A stretch of 64,000 nt of DNA from Eledone cirrhosa (GCA_964016885.1 OZ024741.1:146754001-146818000); one strand, 5' to 3'; shown: positions 32,334 through 47,700, counted from the first letter of the stretch. Notes: generated from the letters alone by a model not told the origin. A program made the numbers and translations.

Positions 32334-34815
32334 CATATATATATAATTAATTAAAAGTATGTATATATCCCAGTCTTTCGAGTGGGAACATCTTTGCATG
32401 TTGTAAGAGACAAATAAAAGGGTTGGCATCAGGAAAGGCTGTAAAACACTATCTTAAAATGTCCCATCCAATCCATGGCAGTGGGGGAAAATACATGTAA
32501 AGAACAATGGTATATATTTATATATATCTGTGCGTGTGTGTGTGTAATCTGACAGCTTTATATGATTAAAATATGATAAGCAAATCGATCACTATAATAA
32601 ATGTTGAGTTGTCACTCAAAGATAAATAAAAACTTTATATTTTTTGCAGCTCACACTTACACAGGTTTAACTGGTCTTCTATGAGGTTGTATTTCATAAA
32701 AGTCTTCTTGTTCATTGGGATCCTAGTCTTATAACAAGCAACATAAAATGAAGCTTCTTTTTCAAGAACACAATGTATCATCCAGTCCAATTGAACCAGT
32801 GACCTTATGATCACAAGTTCAAAACAATAACTCCTAGTTCAAAGAAATAAGTAAGAAAACCACCAACAAAAATTAAACTGCTTATTTTGAGCCACATAGA
32901 CCACATAGACCACTACAATAAGATGACTTGACATTCTCAAATATAAACGGATTAGGTGATTAACCCTCTAAAAGTAATTCCAAGACTTGGTATAAATACA
33001 ATTAAAGGTCCTTTTGCATGTTATTCAGCAAACATTTCTAAAATTTCACAGTCATCCCCCTCACCACCTCATGTTGTGTTCGTTTTAAATTCTCTTTATT
33101 GCCATCAGATCTAAGTTAATTTGTGCAGCATTTTGAAACAAAGCAATTAATGTTGAGTCTATTATAGTTGTGTTTATGATCAGATTGATCTATTGACTTG
33201 AAGATTTCTGCAGGCAATCACATACATAATCAACAAACGAACTCTGTATTCACATCAGTTTTTCAATCACATAAATTCACATCCTGTGTGATTATCCAAT
33301 TTAACAGCACTGTAATCTTTCCCCATTTTTTGGCATCAATTAATATTTCCATTCTCAACCTCTTCCTCCATCATATAAACTTATTTCATATTTACAAAAC
33401 AATGTTTTATAATGGTCTTTAGTTACAATGTTCATTTTGAATATTAAAAACGAAAATGGAACAAATAAAAAATGATAAAAGGAACATTGTTCTGCAGACT
33501 GTTTTTATATTCACATGATAATGTTTGTTGCATGAAATTTTGACATTTATTTTGTATTTGTAAGAAAAGGCTATTGAAATTTGTTTGAAAATTGTTACTA
33601 AAAAATCATATGTGAATTGCAATTTTGGATCAAGGGTTGGAAGGCAGCAAATTGGTGGTGTCATTAGAAGATTGGCTAGAATGATTTGTACTATACATTT
33701 CAGTTCTCTGCTTTCAAATCCGACCACGATCAACTTTGCCCTTCATCGTTTCAAGGTCAATAAATAAGTTTATAACTTGAGTCAATTATTCCTCTATATA
33801 CCCCTCTCTCCCGAAAAAAAGAAAATTCAATTTTGTTCCAGGTCAGATACAATAGTTAGGCATTCCCAAGCACAGAAGAATCACCTTGAAGCTGATTCTC
33901 TGATGGAAAGGAGCAGGAGACTGAGACAGCTCTCTTTCTCTCCAAGGCACAGCAATTCCATGACTGGATTAATCATTAAACAGAATAAACACATGCTTAG
34001 AGCATCAGGGGGAGGAGTACTATTCTATCCAAATTAAATGTATCTATTATTCCAGAAAAAATATTTTGCAGACTTTATATATGAGGGTGGGGCACCATAA
34101 TATTTTAAGTGTTTAGAGTTTCAAAAGAACTTAATCTAGCTATGATCAAGACACTTTGAAATTCAAGAGGAAAACAGAGACAGCATTGAGAACATTTGTT
34201 CAAGTTCACTTTGCAACTGAGTCAGAACAAAGCCAAACATTAAGGCTTACACAACTGGCTATATATCACATGAGAAGATCCAGTGAGAAAGAAAGGCAAA
34301 GGCACAGAAAAGCTACCATTCTGAGAAGAAGGCATATCAAAGAATGCTACTTCTGATCCCTTCGTGTAGTGGAATGTAATCTTTATACTGCCACTGTAAG
34401 AGGTAGAAAATTTCTCTCTCTTGCGCTCTAACATATATTTGGTGTGGCAATAAAGTCTTTAGAATAACTCTTGAAATGAAAATGCACAACATATTGAAAC
34501 TAAAATTTATTTATTCGGCAAAACAATCTCCATTGAATGCAAATTTAAGTCGGGGCTATAGGGTGATTGTTTGATCAGTGCCACTCTTCGCCTCTGGAAA
34601 AATTCTTTTGTGAATTGAGCATGTATTATAAACTCACAAGACTGACAGCAAAATTATTATGCATAGGCATGTGACAAAATACACCATTCATACAGAATAT
34701 CACAAGCGAACAACAAAGTTTAAATTCCAACTAATATTGACTATATTTACTGTTACATACGGCACACAGCCTACTATTCTAAAGACTTTATTACCACACC
34801 AAGTATATATATGCC

Positions 34816-34861
<46 letters not shown>

Positions 34862-35481
34862 AAAGGGTTGAGGGGACTTGTCAGCTGTGTAAAGGAAATG
34901 ACAAACTTCCTAATGCCAATGTCACAATAAAATGCACCCAATACACTCCCTTGGCCTATCTGGGAAGAGATTAATTCTTATTAAGTACTAAATTGACCTG
35001 TGACAACTTGTCTAACATATGCTAGCATGGAAAAATGGACGTTAAATAATGATGATGACAATGATGATGATAATTACATATACACACACACACTCACACA
35101 TATATACATATGTGCATGTGCATGCATGTGTGTGTGCGTGAGTGTGTGTATGTGTGTGTGCAGGTGTGGGTGTTTTCTATCGAAACCATGCTAGCACGGA
35201 AAGTGATGATGATGATTTTTATGAGAACGATGATAACGATAAATACATAGTATAATCTAGTGTCATAAAAAATATAGAGTTAACATACATATGTCCAAAA
35301 TCAATATGTATATTGATTTTGTGTCACTTGATTACTCTAATTATGGTTTTCTCTTGCATCAAGGTCTTTCTTATCTAACGTGTATGCAAGTATACACTAC
35401 GCTAAATATTTGGAATATTACACATACACATATATCACATACATATATATGTGTGTGTATATATATATATATGTGTGTGTG

Positions 35482-35516
<35 letters not shown>

Positions 35517-35555
35517 GTGTGTATGTGTATGTGCGTCTCTCTCTCTATATATATA

Positions 35556-35962
35556 TGCATGGTAGTGAGACATGGGCAGCAACTGCAGAAGATATGCTCC
35601 GTTGGATGTGCAATGTCAATGTGTGTGAATGACCAAGCATAGACGAGTTGAGAAAGAAACTGGGTATAAGAGGGATAATTTGTGGTGTGCAGGAGAGAAG
35701 GCTGAGATGGTATGGACATGTGATGTGCATGGAGGATGACCGCTGGGTAAAGAAGTGCCAAGAAATCCCAGTAGAAGGAAGACACAGTAGAGGTAGACCA
35801 CAAAAAATATGGGCAGAGGTGGTGAGAGCAGACCTCAGATCACTGAAACTCACCGAGGAGATGACGAAGGATCGTGACAAGTGGAGAGATGCTGTGCTGA
35901 ATAGGACCTGTCCAACCCTTGCAAGCAGGGAAAAGTGGACGTGAAATGATGATGATGATGAT
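35556..35962 (+). mobile_element. 5'-truncated subfamily B RTE
   Basis: MHGSETWAATAED...RRLRWYGHV...LASREK, stem-loop and (GAT)n tail; (TA)n flanks. Confidence 0.9.
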
Positions 35963-35972
35963 ATATATATAT

Positions 35973-36658
35973 TATATTGTTATACTTTGGGAGGATAATG
36001 CTGCCAATAGAAACACATGCACCTGTTGGTTTTCACTTCAGTTTATTATAAATTTCTAGCTGCTTAGTTTTATAACCAGATGGTTGTTTATTTGTTTATT
36101 GTCAAAGCTCTTTTATCACGCATTCTGTGACCCCTTCAATGACTAATTTGTTATTTTATGTCTCTTTTTTGTTGTGTCCTACACCATTTTGTTTTTATGA
36201 GCTGTGTAATTGGGTTGCACATACGCTATATCCGCGTGTGTGTGTTTTTATTTATTTATACGTTTATTTGCTTATCACTAGTTGGTTGCTTGTTCTATCT
36301 GTGTGTTTCTTGTTTGGTTCTTGTATGTCTTGTCCTTAGTTACTAGTTGTAATGTTGTCACTATTCCACTCATGTTTTCTGTGTAATCATCAGTACTCCA
36401 CCAACATGCCAAAATGGAACATGGGGGCACACTAGAAAACATAGAAATAAAAATCATATCCACACACAGAAAAGATGCAATGCTCTGACAGATTACAGAA
36501 GCAACAAAAATAAACGAATTCCAATGCAAATTAAGCAAAAAACATCAATAGCAACATCATCACAACTTGTAACTGGAAATTTATAATAAATTGAAGTGAA
36601 AACCAACAGGTGCATGTGTTTCGATTGGCAACATGACTCTCCCAAAGTATAACAATAT
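35973..36658. repeat. ~88 bp inverted repeat pair, possible Penelope-like remnant
   Basis: 35973-36058 approximately matches the reverse complement of 36568-36658. The arms contain gaaacacatgc. Confidence 0.55.
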
Positions 36659-36713
36659 CTATTTCATACATTTTCAGAGAATAAATCTTGCAAAACAAAT
36701 ACAAAAACAAAAT

Positions 36714-36744
36714 ACACACACACGCACACGCACGTATGCGCACA

Positions 36745-36830
<86 letters not shown>
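36714..36830. repeat. (CA)n microsatellite
   Basis: Directly visible. Confidence 0.95.
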
Positions 36831-36833
<3 letters not shown>

Positions 36834-37813
36834 GTATATATAGCAACTGAATGGGTTATAAAAAAATCTGCATGCTGCAAAACAATATGCCAATTATCTG
36901 AAAGAGTAACTTCAAGCACAAACCATTAATATTTTATATGAAAAATCAAAGGAAAATGCAAATAATATATTAAAGGCACCATGAATCACAATGCTGCCAA
37001 TGATGAGAAGTTAGCTACATTTTGCGACTGAAAAAAATGAACCTATACCCAATGAGGAGAAATTATGATTGGATTTCTGTAAAGAACAAAAGGTAAGTAC
37101 TTTAGATGAAAATATTCTAGAAAATATTCCTTGAATAATTTTCCTATTTTTGCAATTTTTCAAATCATGAGAAGCTTTATAACTTGTGTGAAGTGATTTT
37201 TTTTTTTACTTCTCTGTGATTTATTGATTTGATTTTGTTTTTGTTATTTTATTGGGGTTATATAATATTTAGTGATAATAATGCTGTAGAAAAATAATAC
37301 TAACAAGAAAGTTCTTATTTGGTTTGACCATATTGGAAGTAAACAGAAATGAAATGTCTCTTGATTTTTATGACTCAAAAAGAAAGACTGAAAAGTAGAG
37401 AATAACATTTTAAGTGTTTGTGCTAATCCATATAGTAATAAGATTCTCGACACTTTTGATACAATCTCCTGACACAGCTCAATTTGTACAATAATTTTAT
37501 ACGAGAACCATTGTTAAGCTTCATTATAAATAGCAGCTTAATAATGCAAACGTCAGTTATATTATTAAATCCTATTTGTTTCGAAACCATATATGGCATT
37601 TTTCATTAGAAATATGGTAATGAATGGGTTAAGGCCATTTTCCTTACTAAAGTAAATGATAGCCCATTACAGACTTCATACTCATAATGTGGTATTTATT
37701 TGAGGCTATACCTTATGACCAGATGCCATTCTGGTGCATTCACTTTTAGTCCCCTTTTTATGACACATTCTAAACTGGATACACACAGCCTAATATATAT
37801 ATATATATATATG

Positions 37814-37914
<101 letters not shown>

Positions 37915-37984
37915 GGCAAACAGAAATAATCGGTACAGTATATGGGAGGAATATGTTAGGTTAATGCTTGAAATAGCAGGAAGA

Positions 37985-38022
37985 GGATCTTAACGTTTCG
38001 GATGCTAGTCCTTGATCAGAAG
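37985..38022 (-). ncRNA. Degenerate minimal hammerhead-like motif (Penelope-type)
   Basis: cuu-CUGAUcA-a-GGAcuagcaUCC-GAAACGUUA-aga; G8 is mutated. Confidence 0.4.
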
Positions 38023-40134
38023 AAAGAATGATAAATAAAATAGATGAGCAGGACGGGCGGGGTGGAATTGGAAAAAATTTCTTTAGATAAAAATAACAGG
38101 TCTATTCATGTTGACATCTCTTGGTTTGAAGAATCCATGTTATAAAGCAGCTGGGAATAACTATAGAAGTTAGTAAATAGAGAGCAAGTTTGAGAATGAC
38201 TAGTGAAGTTAAAATATTCTGACAGATATGTAAATAGAGAACTAAAATGATGATACAGAAGTTTGCTAGTTTCTCCCTAATTGAGTTATGAGATGGACAG
38301 AGACAACTTTGGAAAAAGATAAATAAATAAAAAAGCAGAAGAAAATCCAGTTTTACTTCTCATAATATTTGTTTTACAAGAGAACAATGTGTGAAGTTGG
38401 TGAAATGTAGAAATTGGATATTCAATAGCTGCAGGATTATATATGTATATCTAAACTATATCTTATAATACTTGAAGAACATTTTCAGACAGTGCAGCAG
38501 AAAATAATGTAATATTTCTTCATATTTCCTAGATAGAAGGAAAATATAGACAGAATGACACACATATATTCAATTATATGTAGATTTAAACATATAAATG
38601 AAAAAGAAACTTTTATATACAAAGAAACTGTTGTAGGATCCTATACACGATGGTATAGTATTTTACAAATCCATAGATCTATGTATATGTTTTTCATGGG
38701 AATAGCAGAAAGTCTTCCAATAAAATACTGTGCAGTGTAAGAGTGAACATATTACATGCACTCAAAATATAATGTAAAACACTGATTTGGACGACAAACA
38801 GCCATCGAATTAAGAATCTGTGCTGATGAGTCTATAAAGACAGGGAAGAGATGGGGGATTAACATCATCATTTTCATCAGCATCCTTATCATTTAACATT
38901 CATTTTCCTTGCTAGCAAAGGTTTGATGGGTAGTCACTATTCTAGCAGAGCTATTAACTTCACTTCAGATGGGTGGGGAGGGAGTGCTGCATCTTGCTTC
39001 TACTGAGCACACAGATAGGTAGAGGGCTGGTATCTTACATATAATCCTGCACTCCACTAAGTGTTCAGACAAGTTAGGGTCCCACATCTCACGATCCTGT
39101 ACTCTTCAAAGTGCATTTTATCATTACACCTGCATTAGGGAGGTTGTTGAGTCTTTGAAATAGCTGAAAAGTATTCCTGAGTCTTTGTTTGGTAGGTGAT
39201 GCCATTCCTATCCCCAACCACTTTACAGAGTGTACAAGGTACGTTTATAGTATAGATCATACAAATAAAAGCTATGAATTTTATTGAAGTCAGCAACAAA
39301 AAAAAACTATTGTGTCAAAACTTATACTGCAGCCATTCTGGAGCACCATGTTGAAAGAATTTAGTCAATCATTTGGACCCCAATACATAATGTTTTCAAT
39401 ACTAGTACTTAATTTATCAATTCTATTTTTTAATTGCTAAGTTACAGGACTTAAACAAATGGTAACACTGAGACACATATACCTATACACACACTAGACA
39501 CTCACAACACACACACACACACACATATATTCAATGGGATTCTGTAGTTTCCATCTACCAAATTTACTCACAAGGCTGAGGCTATAGTAAAAAGCACTTG
39601 GCCAATGTACTGTGAAATGACTGAACCCCAAATTATTAGGTTGCTATGGAAATTCCAGACCTGTACCTTTGTATCTGGATTTTTATAAATATAAGGAAAT
39701 GATCCATTTAAATATCTCCGACAGTTTGGCCAATAGTGAGGACCTCTGATCAGAAGTTTTAAATCAATAAAGTAAGGCATGTAATTTAGTGGTTAGTGTG
39801 TCCAGCTCAGGATCTCTACAACTGCATTTGTAGTTATATGATCAGTAATCAGTATTCTATCAGTTAAAAAAAAAAATCTTTAGCACAACGAAATACTTTG
39901 CTAATTTAAAGAAATTTCATCAATAATAATGTATTAAAAATTACATCAGCCAGAAACATTAAAGACCAAAGTAAGCAGCCATAATTTTTCTCCTTAATCT
40001 CTTATCAACTGTCTTTTACAGACTCATATTTAATTCCAAAGTAGATTTTGTTTCAGAATTTTGATTTTAATCAGATGTATTTAGATTTATCTTTTAATTT
40101 TAATATGAAATGCAGTAATTTCAATATCATTATT

Positions 40135-40890
40135 ATTATGGTATTGGTGGATTGGTGGATTATGAGAGTGTCAGACAAAAAAATGCTTGCAGTTTTTATT
40201 CCAACTCTACATTCTGGGTTAAAATCCAGCCAACATCAACTTCATCTTTTATCCTTTGTTCCGAGACCAATATAATAAAATGTCAGTAGATTACTGGGGT
40301 TGATATAATCGAATTATCCCTCATACCAAATTTCTCACCTTGTGCCTAAATTAGAAACATTATTATTATTATTCCAAATCCCGCCAAGGTTGACTTTGCC
40401 TTTCATCCTTACGGGGTCGATGAAATAAAGTACCAGTAATTCACTGGGTATTTTGCTGGCCTTGTGCCTAAAGTAGAAACAATTATTATTATTATTTATT
40501 CTGGCGGTCGATTGGCAGCATCGGTAGAGCGCCAGACATCATCCTTTGCAGCATAGAGTTATGACCTTTTACATTCTAAGTTCAAATCAGGCAGAGATTA
40601 ACTTTCCCTTTTATCCTTATTGGGTCGATAAAATAAAGAACCAGTAATACACTGGGATAATTGCTGGCCTTGTGCCAAAAGTAGAAACAATTATTATTAT
40701 TTATTCTTTTATTCGGTGGATTGGCAGTATCGGTAGAGGGTCAGACGCCATGCATTACGGCCCTTGCCATTCTGAGTTCAAATCCCACCGAGGTTAACTT
40801 TGCCTTTCATCCTTATGGGGTCTATAAAATAAAGTACCAGTAATACACTGGGTATTTGCTGGCCTTGTGCCAAAAGTAGAAACAATTATT
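40135..40890 (+). mobile_element. Head-to-tail cluster of four family 1 SINEs (one old, one 5'-truncated, two near full-length)
   Basis: The core and the cttgtgcc(a/t)aa..tagaaaca + (ATT)n end recur at ~40340, ~40460, ~40670 and ~40865. Confidence 0.85.
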
Positions 40891-42425
40891 TATTCTTTTA
40901 TCTCAAGTCTTGTATGCTCTTCTCAATATCTTTTGATACTGTCCCTGAGGCCCCAACAACAGTCAGCACTATCTTCACCTTTTTCATTTTCCACTGTTGG
41001 GCTATCTCATCTTTAAGAGGATTGTATACATCTAGTTTTTCAGCTTTTTAAACTATCCATTACTGAACTGATACTTTATTCATCTACCTCAAAAAGATGA
41101 AAAGAAAAGTTTACCTCAGGAGGATTTAAATTCAGGCCATGGTAAAGCCTCTTGGGACAAGATGCTACAAGTTAGGATCAAAACCAACACCACATAATTG
41201 CAAAGCAAACTTCTCAACCATTCAGCTATGCTTGGAACTAAGAAGTAAATACAGATTGTGCTTACTGCTTACCATATGTAAAACACTAAGAGAAACTTGT
41301 GTACTTGATTTGAAAAATGAAAATGAAATATGAAATTTACTGTTTGCACCTATGTAGGTTCAGAAGGCCTTCTAAAAGGTTGCATGGGTATTTTAATGAT
41401 AGGGGTAGCCCAGTCTTATCATGAAAAGCAACATGAAATGAAGTGTCTTGCTCAAGAACACAATGTGTTGACTGATCCAGAAATCAAACCTGTGACCTTA
41501 TGATCACGAGTCCAACACCCTAATAACTAGGCCTCATGCTTTCACTAAATTAGATATAAGATTTTAGGAAATGAATATAATTTGTTACTGATTGTACATC
41601 ACATGTAAAGTATTAGAGACATAAACTTATCTACTTGATATGAGATCTAAATCCGAGCCAATTCTCCATCAAACTCAGCAGCTAAATTGGGGCAGCAAAA
41701 GCTGATATTTCCATTTAAACATTCTATTCTAAGAATTCTTATTTGAATGGTGATGGAGGATAAATTGAGTTGTCAAAGACAAGACAGAAGACAGGAAATT
41801 TTCTAACTTCTGTCTTAATACAACATTATGTTAAATCAGAAATAAAAAAAAAATTTAAATGGGTAAAACCCCCAAATAAGAAAAAAAAATGACTGTTTGC
41901 TTTTAATTATTCAATGAATAGAAATTGGTTTCTATTTTAGTTGGTATGTGATATTGCTTTTGGATATGTTACCAGAAATTTATCCTACTATTATTGCATT
42001 CAATTTCCTAATCTTATCAAATCTTATTTTCTTTTTGCATTCAGCTAGTAACATACCTGTCATGCAGATAGTCTACTTGAAAATACTTATCTCAGCAACT
42101 CGAACTGATGTTTATTGAGAAAGAACAGAGATATACATCATTGAAACAAAAAGGCTTTAAGTTTTCATACTGCTGAATCTCTTATAATTGAGTAAAATAT
42201 CAATATGGTTGGATACTTGTATATATAATGAGTTTACCACTTGATAGACTTCTTAAGTCCTGTCACCCACCACAAGAAGTCGAGTGGATAGAGCCAATTA
42301 TAAGGCACTTGAAAATGAACATAAATGTCACTCATACATACGTACACACACGCACATGCACACACACAAATACACACACACACATACACAGACATTCACA
42401 TATATATATATTTATATATATATAA

Positions 42426-42485
42426 CATCATCATCATCATCGATTAACGTCTATCTTCCACACTAGCACGGGTTAGACGGGTTTG
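42426..42485 (-). mobile_element. RTE 3' terminal stem-loop fragment
   Basis: (CAT)n followed by cgattaacgtctatcttccacactagcacgggttagacggg. Confidence 0.75.
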
Positions 42486-44569
42486 TCTATATGTAGAGAA
42501 AGAGAGAGAAAGAGAGAGACAGAGATGCATGCATACAAACTTAGGTGCATACATACATGTTAATATCAAATGCTAGTCCACAAGGCTAATGTCAACAGGA
42601 AGTACAACCTGTCTTGGAATAGTGATTGTTATATTACATCACAATTTCAGGGTTATGTTTATGCATTCCAAGAGCAAAGGTTAGCATTGCAGATCCTAAG
42701 AAAGGCTTTATGTTCATCATGGGATCCTCTTTTTTTAAAGCAATGTTTTGTGGCCAGATGCCCTTCCTGGTGCAAATCTCAGTTGTTTCTTACAAGAAGC
42801 AGAAGGTTGTGTCTGATCTTATTTTTTTTGTACCTGTTGCCATCGAGACCTCTAGCATTCTTGGTCCTTGGACTGTTGTTTTCCTATGTCAAATCAAGAT
42901 GAGAGCATCAAACCCAAGGGAAAAATCCAAGAGATGGCTCTTGCTGATATAGAGCGTATTGCTGGTTGTTCTCCATCGCAATGCATTCACTTTCTTGTCT
43001 GCATGGGTGGGTGGGACTGCAGCAGGTGGGATAACTGTTCAGTTAAGGGAATGGAATTCATCCCCTCCCAACACGTTTATTTTTTGCTTTCATTTTGTCA
43101 ATTTTGCGTTCTAAAATGGATACATATATAGAAATGCATATAAGTTAATTATTTGAATAAATCCTTCCAAATATTCAATTATTTTCAAAATTAATTGAAT
43201 CATACAATTAGAGTATTCCAATAGAACTATGGTCACAAAATGGTTAAAACTCCTCTCCTCACACCCTACAACCTTATCTTATTTAGAAATTCTACATGCA
43301 TATTAAACTCATTTCAATTGTAACAGTTAAATAGGAATGCAACTTTATAATATAAAAGAGAAGACCCCCCCCCACACACACACACAAGTAAACAAATAAT
43401 CAATAAATTACTTTTAATGAACCTTACTATAAATTCAAAAGGATACAGATTTTTTTAGAATGAAGAATTGATTTCAAATTTATCAAATTTTATTGACTAA
43501 AATATTTTAAGTGAAGGAGGCAATTTATTATTTTTTTCTTCTAAATAATGTTTCCAAATCACACAATTAAAATTTTTATTCAATATTATAAATATAAAAT
43601 TTACATTTGTTTCCTTTTGCTTTTAAATTTTTACTCTATATTACTTTTATGTGGTAAGAACATTATTGCTAATGGGAGGCCATACAGTTCATACCATCAA
43701 TGGAAAAACAATAAAGAAATGGTAAATGATAAAATACCTCTCAAGAATTTATAATGCATGATTCCTACACTGAAAAGTTTGGTTGAATGGCTTCATTAAA
43801 TTTATAGAAATATTTGTCCTTATATATATGCAAAATGATTAGTTATCTATATATAGAAATGTTCACGGAACCCCCATCCTATATATATATATATATATAT
43901 GTATTTGTTTCGTACAGCTCCATTGAAATAATGAATGTCTTTAATGTCCTCACCAGAAGCAAGACAAAGTTATGATAAAGAAGGCTATAATTTCGAGAAA
44001 AAGTAATTTAGTGCTACTTTTTTGTGTGAACTAACACACTATAATCTATGCTGCATAATGACCTAACATGTAGACCATTGGGGTAAAAGTTAATTTTTGT
44101 ATTTAAGGTATACTGTGTGCTGAACTGTAAAAGACCAGGTAGACTGCATGCTAAAATGGCAGCCGTTCTTGTATCTTGTGTATTTGATGTTAATTGTTCT
44201 AACTCTCTTCTGTTAACTTTTGATACTCTTGGATTGTTAATAATGCTTTGCTCATGTAAGCTCCATTATCTTCATGCCCTTCCTTTCCCTGCACCACAAG
44301 ATAAGATAGGGTCACTTGGTGGTAAAGAAGGGAAGAGGTAATTGCTGTCCAGGTCAACTGAGACCTCCCATATATCCTGTCATTTTGGGACACCTTGCTT
44401 TGTTAAAGTGGCTCACATGTAGAATTGTCCGTTTTTACAAACTTTCATCTTGCCCCTACCCCAGCTTGTAGTTTCTCCCCATTGTTCATCCTCTTCACCC
44501 TCTCTTCCACCTGGTTATGCCACCATGTATATCTTTTCTTCTAGCCTAGCATAGTAGTTTATTTATACA

Positions 44570-44945
44570 TGTGTAGACTGGAGAGAAATGAAGCAACCAT
44601 GCTCCAGTGGATGTGCTATGTAAGTGAGAGAGAAAGGCAGAGCTTGGATGAGTTGAAGGAGAAATTAGGTTTAAAAGACAGCTGACGTGGTGTACAAGCG
44701 AGAAGACTGCATTGGTTCGGGCATGTGATGCACACGGATAATGATCGTTGGTTGAAAAAGTGCCAGGAAATGCCAGTGGAAGGAAATTGTGGTAGAAGTA
44801 GACCAAGAAAGACCTAGGCAGAGGTTGTGAGAGCTGACCTTAAATCACTGAGACTCACCGAGGCAAGGACAGAGGATCATGACATGTGGAGAGATGCCAT
44901 GCTGAGAAGGACCCATCCAAACAAGAAATTAAATGACGATGATAA
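44570..44945 (+). mobile_element. Degenerate subfamily B RTE 3' fragment
   Basis: Similar to 35590-35950. Confidence 0.8.
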
Positions 44946-45079
44946 TTTTGTATATATATATATATATAAAGGATATGTAATAAAGCAATACAGATAGCTT
45001 ATAAAATAGGGTGAAGATGTTACGATCAGCCACTATGAGGAATTGAACTTCATATCTCCCAGATACGGGTAGTTATATA

Positions 45080-45600
45080 TATTTATACAGTATATATATA
45101 TATAAAGTACATGCAGTTGGACATGAAGCTTTGAAGTTAAATATCATAGCTGAAGATTCTTACTTAAGCATTACTTGAAGAGTCCATAATAGATGTGTGC
45201 ATCCATGCATGTATATGTGTTCAATATGTGTAGTGTATGTGGTATGTATGCATGTGTGAATGGTATATGTATGTTTGATAATGTATGAAGGTGTGTGAAG
45301 CAATGAATGGCAGGTTGAGTTGTTATCTGCTTCCTTAGTAAATCCAATTATGCCGGTATTTGATATTAACGTTGACTGCTATAACAGTCAAAGAGATGCA
45401 CAAGAGTGATTATATCATATAAAAATAAAGCTGATGAACAAAGTCATGAATGGGGTAGGAGTTATATTAAAATAAATATTGGATTAGGTTAGGTTAGATT
45501 ATAGAAGTGGCCTTGATCTTTGTAGGAATAACCAAACCGATCATCAGTGCCCTGATTCAACATGAATATTTTATTGTCTGTATGAAAATCAAATAAGTGA
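45080..45600 (-). mobile_element. Possible old Penelope-like remnant
   Basis: Minus strand cacugaugaucgg...gauc (hammerhead-like start with decayed GAAA) near 45510-45550. Weak evidence. Confidence 0.25.
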
Positions 45601-47025
45601 TAGAGTAAAAGTAGATCGTATGAAACAATGGAGACACAGGGAATGTTTAACCTTGTCTACCCAGAAGCACATTCTACAAAGTTTCAATGTAGAGAAAAAG
45701 GTCACTTATTTAATTTGCTTAAAATTACTGACAGGCATGTTCCAGCCACTGACCTCTCTGTGCTTTTTCTATCACTACTCCCCAGATCTGGCTAACTTTG
45801 TACCATCTCCACTCTGGAACACCAGTCTCTCCTCTTCAATGTCTATTTCATCTAATCCTTCCTCCCCAAAATGTCATCCCTCTGGAAGTCTCTTCTTGCA
45901 CATCTTTCTCATCTATGTAGTTGTCTTGTATTTCAGTCATTAGACACCATATGAAACCAGGATAAATCTGTTGAAACTATGAAAGATTTTTACTTAACTT
46001 GTGAGGCTTTGTAAGTGGACCAAGGAATAATAAACTGTTTCATTTGTTTGTACCCTTTACAACTGAGTGAAAATTAGTTGTTTCACTTCAGTTTTCCAAA
46101 ATATCTTTAATGTTAAATAATGATATATTATTTAAGCAAAACAAAGGATCTACCTATTTATTTGTTTATTAATAACTGACTAATTAAAACTTTCTAAAGA
46201 AAGAGATTACAAACTGTTGTAACTTCTAAGTGAATTTCTTAATTCTTTTTTTCATTTACCATTTATATTTTAAAATGCTGTTCAGACAATAACAGAAAAC
46301 TCTTTCATCTAAATGTAAAAAGAAATTAAATTTAGGTAATTGCAGTGGTAGTGGGATTGAAATGTATCAAAATAAAGTTTTAAAATTATAAATTTAAAAA
46401 AAACAACGAGACAAGTTGCATTTAAATCAACCAACACTTACACCTGTTTTTTTTTTGTTTATGTATTGTATTAGATTTATAATTAAGTCTTTGTGGAAAT
46501 CTGAATGGAATTTTAGACACAGGTTATAAAAGTAATAATACAATATACTGGAAAGACTAAAATGCTTCAAGTGACATATACTAATTGCATGGTTTTTCTT
46601 TGTCTGGTTATTCTGTCATTCTATTAACTTGTAAACTTTGAAGATGTTTTATTTTTTGTTCTTACCACTTTGGTAAGTGAATAATGGTAGTATTATTTAT
46701 TCATTAGGCAAAAACCAATGAGGTTTTAAAAGAATTTATCCATGTTTGTATCTGCAAGAGTTGAATATAAGTGGAATTATCCTGTTGTATTTTAAATCAA
46801 CTTTCTAATGCATTTTAATTTTTTTTATACCAATCTGCCTGAAACTGCCCTGGATTTATGATACAAAACTGCTCATTTTAAAATGTGTGGCCTTATTTTA
46901 ACACCTTCTGTCATCATTTTGTTTTGAATTTTTTGTTAAGTATTGTTCTCAATATAAGTTCAGTTAAAAAAAAAAGACAGTTATTTTTTTAAACTCCTTC
47001 AAATCTTTCATTATTTTCAAAAAAA

Positions 47026-47211
47026 GGCGGTGGATTGGCAGTATCGGTAGAGGGTCGGATGCCATGCTTTGAAGCATAGAGTTACCTCCCTGTATGATCT
47101 GAGTTCAAATGCCGCCGAGGTTAACTTTGCCTTTCATCCTTCCGGGGTCGATAGAATAAAGTACCAGTAATGCACTGGGTAATTGCTGGCCTTGTGCCAA
47201 AAGTAGAAAGA
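47026..47211 (+). mobile_element. Full-length tRNA-derived SINE (family 1; central domain resembles Meta/MESC type) with 13-bp TSD
   Basis: A box tggcagtatcgg (47036) and B box gagttcaaat (47101). TSD attattttcaaaa at 47010-47022 and 47212-47224. Confidence 0.9.
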
Positions 47212-47311
47212 ATTATTTTCAAAATTAATTGAAACACATAAGCAATGGATTTCATTAGAAATATGATAATCAAAGAGTTGATTCTCTGTCATGACTGCCT
47301 AACTTCCATTA

Positions 47312-47700
47312 TTGGTGAATTGGCAGTATCGGTACAGGGTCGGACGCCATGATTTGACGCATAGAGTTACGGCCCTTGCCATTCTGAGTTGAAATCCCAC
47401 CGAGGTTAACTTTGCCTTTCATCCTTACGGGGTCGATAAAATAAAGTACCAGTAATGTACTGAGTATTTGCTGGCCTTGTGCCAATAGTAGAAACAATTA
47501 TTAACCCTTTGGTAGATTGGCAGTATCGTTAGAGAGTCAGACGCCATGCTTTGCAGCAAAGAGTTACGTCCCTTTATGGTCTGAGTTCAAATCCTGCCAA
47601 GGTTAACTTTGCCTTTCATCCTTACGGGGTCGATGAAATAAAGTACCAGTAATGCACTGGGATAATTCCTGGCGTTGTGCCAAAAGTAGAAACAATTATA
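47312..47700 (+). mobile_element. Two further tandem family 1 SINEs
   Basis: Same A/B boxes, core and gtagaaacaatta end. Confidence 0.9.

Noticed and set aside
38823-38845. Hammerhead start ctgatga-gtct-ataa-agac
   Set aside because: It is followed by aggg rather than GAAA, and there is no stem III.
42058-42105. Minus-strand exon ending CAG|GTATGT
   Set aside because: Stop codons in all three frames.
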